Shown piece by piece: positions 57,937-64,000 of a DNA stretch of 64,000 nt. This DNA comes from Planctomycetota bacterium. GTDB taxonomy: Bacteria > Planctomycetota > UBA1135 > UBA2386. A program made the translations under genes and the position numbers. The stretch spans positions 5,792,001-5,856,000 of the forward strand of contig OZ245006.1 in the NCBI GenBank assembly GCA_965223545.1, in the 5' to 3' direction. The notes beneath the pieces were generated by a model. That model searched no databases. It saw nothing but the letters and a program-made list of their open reading frames with translations, and had not been told where the DNA came from. Positions within the stretch are counted from its first letter, which is position 1. Each line of letters opens with the position of its first letter.

Positions 57937-59583
57937 ATGCAAGATCGCTCCTGCCGGACCGGGCCGCGGCACCGTCGAAGTGCGGTGCTCGCTGCCGTGC
58001 TCGTCACAGGTGTCGCCCACGGACAGATCCCACCGCTCCCCACCTCGCTCACTGCCGATGACGCGTTGCATGTTCTCAACCGCCTGACTTGGGGGGCGGT
58101 GGACACCGACGTCGTGGCCTTGACCGGTCCCACGTCCAACTACTTGAGCTGGCTCAACGCTCAGCTCAACCCCAACCTCGCGACAGACAACCCCGACGTG
58201 ATCACCGTGGTCACCGCGATGACGCCGGCGTCGCAGGGGCAGAGCGCGAGCTGGCGCAACGCGCAAGCCGCGCGCCTCACGCGCGCGTGGGGCTCCGACT
58301 GGCAGCTCAACGAGGTGATGACGCAGTTCTGGGAGCAGCACTTCAACACCTACGGCCAGGCGATCCGCAACTTCTTGATCGGCGGCTTCGGCCTCAACCA
58401 GACCAACGCCCTCAACACCGCCGTGTGGTTCGAGTGGGACGACCACGAGTACTACCGGCAGAACGCGCTCGGTTCCTTCCGCGACTTGCTGCGCCGCACC
58501 ACCCTCAGCCCGGGGATGATGATGTACCTCAACATGGTGCAGAGCAGCGGCTGCGCCAATCCCAACGAGAACTACGGTCGTGAGTTCCTCGAGCTGTTCA
58601 CCATGGGGCCGATCAACGAGTCGCAGGTGCCGCCGGAGGAGAACTACACGCAGACCGACGTCATCGAGGTCTCGCGTTGCTTTACCGGGTGGGGCATCGA
58701 CACCAGCACGCTGCCTTGGGTGGCCGCGTTCGGCGCCGGCAACAACACCCACTGCAACAACCCCAAGACCTTGTTCGCCGGCAAGCCCTACCAGCTCGTC
58801 GTCAATCCGGCGGGTGCTGCCGAGCTGGACGTGGTGATCGACTGGGTCGCGGGCATCGATCCGACCAAGGACTTCATCTGCCGCAAGATGATCCAGGTCT
58901 TCTTGGGCGACGAGGCCGACCACGATCCGCAGAACGCCTCGCTGCTGACCCGCATGAAGAACGCCTGGGGGGCCCTCGGTGACATCAAGGCGGTCGCCAA
59001 TTCGCTGTTCCGCTCACCCGAGTTCCTCAGCTCCAACAACCGTTGGTGCCGCGCTCGCATGCCGATCGAGAGCATGGCTTGGTGGATGCGGGTGTGGAAC
59101 GGCTCGCTGCAGGATTCCGGCGGTGCCGTGTCGCTGCCCAAGCTGTTGCGGCCGGTCGATGGGATGGTGGCGATCGGCCAGCAGCCGTTCCTCTACCCGG
59201 CGCCCGACGGCTTCCCCTACGAGAGTGTCGAGCAGCCCGGCAGCAGCGTCTCGATCGAGAGCTACTCGGCGTTGTCGGAGATGTTTCGCGAGCACCCGAC
59301 CTACACGTTCTTTCCGACCGTGGACATCGCGGCCATGGTGCAGGCGGCACTGCCGCAGGCGCAGTGGAACAACCCGACCCAGGTCGCGACCTACCTGTTG
59401 GGCCGCCTCTACGGCCGTTACTGGACCACGACCGACCGGGCCACCGTGCGCCGCGCGATCACCGAGGACGTCAACGGCGGTCTGCGGCCGGCGCTCGACT
59501 ACAACAACGCGGCCGACTACGCCAGCCGGGTCACCGAGGCCGCGGTTGCCGCCGCAACCACCAACCAAGCCCTGCTGAAGTGA
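57937..59583 (+). CDS. DUF1800 family protein, secreted
   Basis: HVLNRLTWG, QLNEVMTQFWEQHF, SPGMMMYLN, PNENYGREFLELFTMG and RCFTGW. Confidence 0.92.
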   Translation: MQDRSCRTGPRHRRSAVLAAVLVTGVAHGQIPPLPTSLTADDALHVLNRLTWGAVDTDVVALTGPTSNYLSWLNAQLNPNLATDNPDVITVVTAMTPASQGQSASWRNAQAARLTRAWGSDWQLNEVMTQFWEQHFNTYGQAIRNFLIGGFGLNQTNALNTAVWFEWDDHEYYRQNALGSFRDLLRRTTLSPGMMMYLNMVQSSGCANPNENYGREFLELFTMGPINESQVPPEENYTQTDVIEVSRCFTGWGIDTSTLPWVAAFGAGNNTHCNNPKTLFAGKPYQLVVNPAGAAELDVVIDWVAGIDPTKDFICRKMIQVFLGDEADHDPQNASLLTRMKNAWGALGDIKAVANSLFRSPEFLSSNNRWCRARMPIESMAWWMRVWNGSLQDSGGAVSLPKLLRPVDGMVAIGQQPFLYPAPDGFPYESVEQPGSSVSIESYSALSEMFREHPTYTFFPTVDIAAMVQAALPQAQWNNPTQVATYLLGRLYGRYWTTTDRATVRRAITEDVNGGLRPALDYNNAADYASRVTEAAVAAATTNQALLK

Positions 59584-59594
59584 GGAGTCGCACG

Positions 59595-60998
59595 ATGTCA
59601 GTTCTCAACCGACGTGATCTACTGAAGCTGAGTGGCGCCGGCCTCTTTGCCGGTGGTCTCTCGCCGATGTCCGCGCGTTTGGCGGCGATGATCGCGACGC
59701 CGAAGTCCGCCGCGACCAACGAGCGCGTGTTCACCATCTTTCTGCGCGGTGCGATGGACGCGGTCTACGCGGTGGTGCCCCTCGGCGATTCCACCCACAC
59801 CACCGCCCGCGGGCCGTTGGCGGTGCCGGCGGCCAACACCTGGCCCCTGTTCGGCAGCACCTACGCCGCCATCAACCAATCGCTGAGTGCGCTGGCCGAT
59901 CCCGCCGACCCCAACAGCCCCGACCAGCAGGGCAAGGCGGCGTGGATCATGAATTGCGGCAACCCGTTCGGCCGGCGGTCGCACTTCAACGAGCAGCAGG
60001 TCTGGGAGACCGCCTACGCGCCGCCGACGGTCGCCGACCCGTACGAAGAGGAGGGTTTCGTGCCGCGCTTGGCGACGACGGCTCCCTTTGGCGCGCCGCT
60101 GCCGGCGGCCAGCGTCTCCGCGCGCATGCAGCGCATGTTTCGCTCGACGGAGACCACCTTGGCGCACGTCAAGAGTCTGGCGCGCTACTCGTTCGGCACG
60201 GACAAGATCGCGCAGCGGGTCGAGCAGGCGCTCGGCAGCCATCTCGGCCAGGGGCCGACCAAGCAGATCGAGGCCTACCTGGAGGACACCAACGCGTTCG
60301 TGTTGGCCAGCAAGGGCGAGATCGCCGCGGTCGAGGCGGGCCTGACGCACATGCCGGACTACTTTCCGACCACTACCGCCGAGGCGCAGGTGGCCGGCCA
60401 GAACCGCGGATTGCCACCCCTCAACACGCCCAACTTCTCCGGCGGCCAGCAGTTCATGCAAGAGTGCGAGGAAGCGCTGGCGATGCTGCTCAACTCGGCG
60501 AGCTGCCGCTACGTCGGCGTCGAGATCGGCGGCTGGGACACGCACGTCAACCAGACCGCGACGCGCGCCCGGCTGGACAGCTGGCTGGCGCACGCGGTGC
60601 GCTCGATCTATGACTTGATCAACGCGCCCAACCAACCTCCGGTGACGATCATGGTCTTCGGTGAGTTCGGCCGCACCAGCCGGGTCAACGCTTCCAACAA
60701 CGGCACCGATCACGGCGTCGGCGGTGCGATGATGCTGTTTGGCCCCAACGTCAACGGCGGCGTCTACAACTGCCACGGCGGTGGGGGGCTCGGCCGCCAG
60801 TGGGCCCCGCTCGACAACATGTTGCCGCCGCCGTACGAGAACGCGCAGCCGGTGGCGACGGACTTCCGCACCGTGCTCGCGGAGCTGTTCGACAAGCGCT
60901 TCGGCCTCTCGACGCTGCCGGAGCTCGACGCGGTGATCCCCGGCTGGAGCTCGCTGGTCGGCACCAGCCCGCTCTACAACTACCTCGGCGTGTTCTGA
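59595..60998 (+). CDS. DUF1501 family protein, Tat-exported
   Basis: NRRDLLK, FLRGAMD, RSHF, GGWDTH, GEFGRT, GTDHG and DFRTV. Confidence 0.93.
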   Translation: MSVLNRRDLLKLSGAGLFAGGLSPMSARLAAMIATPKSAATNERVFTIFLRGAMDAVYAVVPLGDSTHTTARGPLAVPAANTWPLFGSTYAAINQSLSALADPADPNSPDQQGKAAWIMNCGNPFGRRSHFNEQQVWETAYAPPTVADPYEEEGFVPRLATTAPFGAPLPAASVSARMQRMFRSTETTLAHVKSLARYSFGTDKIAQRVEQALGSHLGQGPTKQIEAYLEDTNAFVLASKGEIAAVEAGLTHMPDYFPTTTAEAQVAGQNRGLPPLNTPNFSGGQQFMQECEEALAMLLNSASCRYVGVEIGGWDTHVNQTATRARLDSWLAHAVRSIYDLINAPNQPPVTIMVFGEFGRTSRVNASNNGTDHGVGGAMMLFGPNVNGGVYNCHGGGGLGRQWAPLDNMLPPPYENAQPVATDFRTVLAELFDKRFGLSTLPELDAVIPGWSSLVGTSPLYNYLGVF

Positions 60999-61097
60999 GG
61001 TTGGCGCGCGGAGAATCAGCAAAAGGAACGTCACGCCCGGGGTGACCCTGACCACCTGAGCGTCCGGGGCCGAGAATCTTCGCGCGGCGACAACACC

Positions 61098-61274
61098 CAG
61101 TCGTGCGTTGTCAACGGCGAGACCATGACCGAGGGCGTGCACTACACGTGGGCGATCGAGGGATCGCTGGTGACGATCACGTTTGCGCAGGCTCTGCATG
61201 CGGGCGATGTGGTCGAAGTGGAGGGCACGTCGACCAGTCACGGACACCCCAACCTCCATCTGGAGTTCGAGTAG
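61098..61274 (+). CDS. Small uncalled ORF or gene remnant with a beta-rich domain
   Basis: QSCVVNGETMTEGVHYTWAIEGSLVTITFAQALHAGDVVEVEG...LEFE*. First ATG at 61125; true start unclear. Confidence 0.5.
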   Translation, partial: QSCVVNGETMTEGVHYTWAIEGSLVTITFAQALHAGDVVEVEGTSTSHGHPNLHLEFE

Positions 61275-61370
61275 GGCAGCGATCCGCGGGCTGATCGATC
61301 GCCGGAGCCGTAACGCGTTTCGGCCTGCGGGCGACTTGTTTCGCGGACAAGCAAACCAAAGGAGGTTCGA

Positions 61371-62006
61371 ATGCGTTTCTCTCTGCTCGCGATCACGGTC
61401 TTTTCTTCGCTGGCAACTGTGGGCGTCGCCCAGGCGCCGCACCCGTGCAACCAAGTCGGCGGCATGTTCGTCGCGACAGTCAACCCGTGCTGGGTCGGGA
61501 CCGTCAACTCGACGAACTCGCCGCCGGTCAGCCAGAACGGCTGCACGGCGCACGCGACGGGTCACTGGGCCTCGGCGAGCTGTGTGTGCTCGGGCCCCGG
61601 TCTGCCCGGGGGATCCGTGTCTGCCTCGGGTTCGACGACCGCCAACTACTCCTGCTCCGGAGGCGTCGGCAATGCCCACTTCTCGACCGGACTGTGCGCC
61701 GTCGCCTACGCCTGGGCCGGTGCCGACTCGGGCGGGGCCTCCGCCTCGGCGACGGGGACCGCGGGAGTGGCCTCGACCGTGACGCCGATCACGCAGGTCG
61801 TGGTCTCGGCGGCGGTGTCGATCTTCTCGGGCTTCGCCGAACAACGCCGCGACGACCAGTTGACGGTCGAGGGCTCGGGCACTGGCCTGTCGCAGTTTGC
61901 CGTCATCCACAACGCGACGGGGACGGCTGCCACGAGCTGTGGCTCGGGTTCGTCCGCCGGAGCGGGTGGCGGAGGCCGTGCCGATACGGTGATCCACCTG
62001 AACTAG
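61371..62006 (+). CDS. Secreted Ser/Gly/Ala-rich protein with 8 Cys
   Basis: AAGGAGG RBS and signal peptide ending GVA|Q. Confidence 0.8.
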   Translation: MRFSLLAITVFSSLATVGVAQAPHPCNQVGGMFVATVNPCWVGTVNSTNSPPVSQNGCTAHATGHWASASCVCSGPGLPGGSVSASGSTTANYSCSGGVGNAHFSTGLCAVAYAWAGADSGGASASATGTAGVASTVTPITQVVVSAAVSIFSGFAEQRRDDQLTVEGSGTGLSQFAVIHNATGTAATSCGSGSSAGAGGGGRADTVIHLN

Positions 62007-62195
62007 TGCTCTGAATCAGAAATCTGCGGCATTCTCCGAGGCCTTCCGCGGCCGTCGCGGCGTTGCTGCGTCCTCGACGTATCCACCGATATGCCTGCGG
62101 CGCAGCGCCTTGCGACGACCACGGCTGCCTCTCGGATAATGCCCCATCTGTCTGATTCACACCACTAGCGCACCCGAACTGGCGTCGAGGCAGCG

Positions 62196-64000
62196 ATGGA
62201 GACCGGGCGAAAGCGCGCGCTTACAGGTGCGGTGCTGTTGGGGGCCGCCGCCGCGGCGGTCGTGCTGTGGGCGCGAACCGCGGTCGGCTCGCCGCAGGAG
62301 CTGCAGGCGGCGGCGATCGCGGCGAGGTCGTCCGTCTCCGTCGAACACCGCGAATCGGCCCGCGGCGGTGATGTCCGCCCTGCACGGCGGTTGTCGACGG
62401 CCGATGCCGCGCTCCCGGTGGTCGTCCTCGATGCGATGACCGGGAGACCGGTGTCCACGGCGCGGCTCTCCTGGTCCGAGCCGCGAGATGGGGTGGCGGT
62501 GACCGATGCGCAGGGACGCGCGATTCTGCCAGCGACCGCGGCGGCAGCCCCCGAGCTGCGCATCTCGGCGGCGGACTATGTCGTCGCGTGTTGGCGCGGC
62601 TCGGTCGAGCCCGGGCAGCGGATCGAACTGGAACCCGCTGCGCGCTTGCGGCTGCGCTTTCTCGATCCGGAGGGTGGACCGTTGGTCGGAATCCGCGCTC
62701 GACTTCTGCCGCCGGTCGTCGGGGGGTTGGACTACGGCGTGGATGCTGGCGCGTTCGATCCGGCCGCGCTCGCCAGTGCGACGCCCGGCGATGACGATCG
62801 GCTGCGGCTTCGGGGATACGAGTTCGCCGGGCGGTTCCGGGACCTCGCCGCGCTCGTGCCGTGGGAGCAGACCACCGATGCCTCGGGCTCGATCGCCTGG
62901 AGTCAGTTGCCGCCGGGGCCCGGCTATCGCTGGGTCTTGCTGTCGGCGATCGGCGCGGACCCGGTGCCGCCGCACGAGCGCCTGCGGCCGAGGTTCGACG
63001 GCGAGGGCGTGCACGTCGACCCGGCGCCGCCGCGGGCGCTGTCGGGTGTGATCGAGTTGGTGGCGCGGCAGAGTGTCGACCTCGAGATCGCCTGCCCGGC
63101 CCTGGCGGTGATCACCGGCCGGCTGCCGGTGCGGCCGGGCAAGGCCGCCCAGCGCAGCGTCGTGCTCTACGACTTCGAGTGGTTCGCCAACCCGCACGGC
63201 GGCAAGGACTTTGCCCGCAGCGTCGAGGAGCAGCGCGCCGCTGTCGACGGCGAGGGTCGATTTCGATTCGACGACGTGCGGCCCGGGCGCAAGGTGGTGC
63301 AGGCGTTCTGGCAGTCGGACAACGCGTGGTGCTTCGAGTTTGCCCGACAAGTCCTCGAGCTGGCGCCCGGCGCAGTGCGCGACCTGTCGCCGTTGCCGCG
63401 GGTGTCCGGCGCGTGCGAGTTGGTCGCGCGGGTGGTCTGTGCGGCAGCCGAGGGTGCGAGGATCGACCCGGAGCTGCTCGCGCCGCTGGGGGTGCCGGTC
63501 GCGCTGCTGCACTTGAGCGTCCGCGAGCGCGGCCCGGTGCTGCACTCGTTGAGCGATGGGCTGCCAGTGCCACTCGGCCAACCCATCACGGTGCGCGGGC
63601 TGCCGGCCGGAGAGGTGAGCTTGCACGCCGCGTTGCATCCCGGCGCCCGTTCCCGGTTGCGCAACCCCGACTTGATCGTCGAGCCGGAAGCTCCCCGGTC
63701 GGTGACGCTCGAGCCGGGGCGTTCCACGCGCGAGGCTCTCACGCTGACAACGACGGCGCCCGAGGTGGTCGATCTCGACTTCGTGCCCCCGTTCGCCACC
63801 GAGATCCGCAGTCTGCAGCTTTGGCTGCGCTCGCACGGCACGCGACGGGTCACCCGGTACTCGACGCCGCCGCGCGCCGACGGGGCCTCGGTCTTTCGCA
63901 GTCGGTTCGCCTTGCCCGCGGGCACTTACGACGTCTTCGCGCGCGGGATCGACGGCGATGGCCGTCGTGACGTCGCGGGGTTGGCGGCGATTCGCGTTGC
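62196..64000 (+). CDS. Membrane-anchored carboxypeptidase-regulatory-like domain protein, 3'-truncated
   Basis: Absent from the ORF track because no stop occurs in the window. METGRKR + TM, VLDAMTGRPV, TDAQG and VDGEGRFRFDDVRPG. Confidence 0.78.
   Translation, partial: METGRKRALTGAVLLGAAAAAVVLWARTAVGSPQELQAAAIAARSSVSVEHRESARGGDVRPARRLSTADAALPVVVLDAMTGRPVSTARLSWSEPRDGVAVTDAQGRAILPATAAAAPELRISAADYVVACWRGSVEPGQRIELEPAARLRLRFLDPEGGPLVGIRARLLPPVVGGLDYGVDAGAFDPAALASATPGDDDRLRLRGYEFAGRFRDLAALVPWEQTTDASGSIAWSQLPPGPGYRWVLLSAIGADPVPPHERLRPRFDGEGVHVDPAPPRALSGVIELVARQSVDLEIACPALAVITGRLPVRPGKAAQRSVVLYDFEWFANPHGGKDFARSVEEQRAAVDGEGRFRFDDVRPGRKVVQAFWQSDNAWCFEFARQVLELAPGAVRDLSPLPRVSGACELVARVVCAAAEGARIDPELLAPLGVPVALLHLSVRERGPVLHSLSDGLPVPLGQPITVRGLPAGEVSLHAALHPGARSRLRNPDLIVEPEAPRSVTLEPGRSTREALTLTTTAPEVVDLDFVPPFATEIRSLQLWLRSHGTRRVTRYSTPPRADGASVFRSRFALPAGTYDVFARGIDGDGRRDVAGLAAIRV

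Overview
Very GC-rich, gene-dense bacterial window. The gene content points to Planctomycetota (inference): a DUF1549/DUF1553 + DUF1501 pair, a DUF1800 + DUF1501 pair, an ECF sigma next to a Ser/Thr kinase, sulfatases and carboxypeptidase-regulatory-domain proteins. About 48 plausible CDS were found, and no rRNA, tRNA, CRISPR array or transposase was recognised. In order: partial penicillin-acylase-type Ntn hydrolase; sulfatase-like protein; TPR lipoprotein/histidine kinase/large beta-sandwich protein/GT2 operon; lower-GC enoyl-CoA hydratase + HxlR islet; aldolase-SDR + ABC-2 exporter; ECF/anti-sigma/LTxxQ sensor/Cys-Pro peptide module; acyl-CoA carboxylase operon; several secreted enzymes; TMEM175 channel; FG-GAP protein; ECF and kinase; flavin amine oxidase; a frameshifted secreted-protein gene; an 8-gene signalling cluster; a tandem HNH pair; ECF; DUF1800/DUF1501; secreted proteins. 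Best candidates for undescribed systems: (1) the ECF module at 17.8-19.6 kb, where the same GGAAT-N18-TGTCnAAA motif precedes both the sigma gene and a secreted 71-aa peptide with 11 Cys and six CPP repeats; (2) the apparently active + apparently inactive HNH paralogue pair with no ATPase at 55.3-57.3 kb. Start codons were chosen by eye and family calls come from motif recognition, not database searches.
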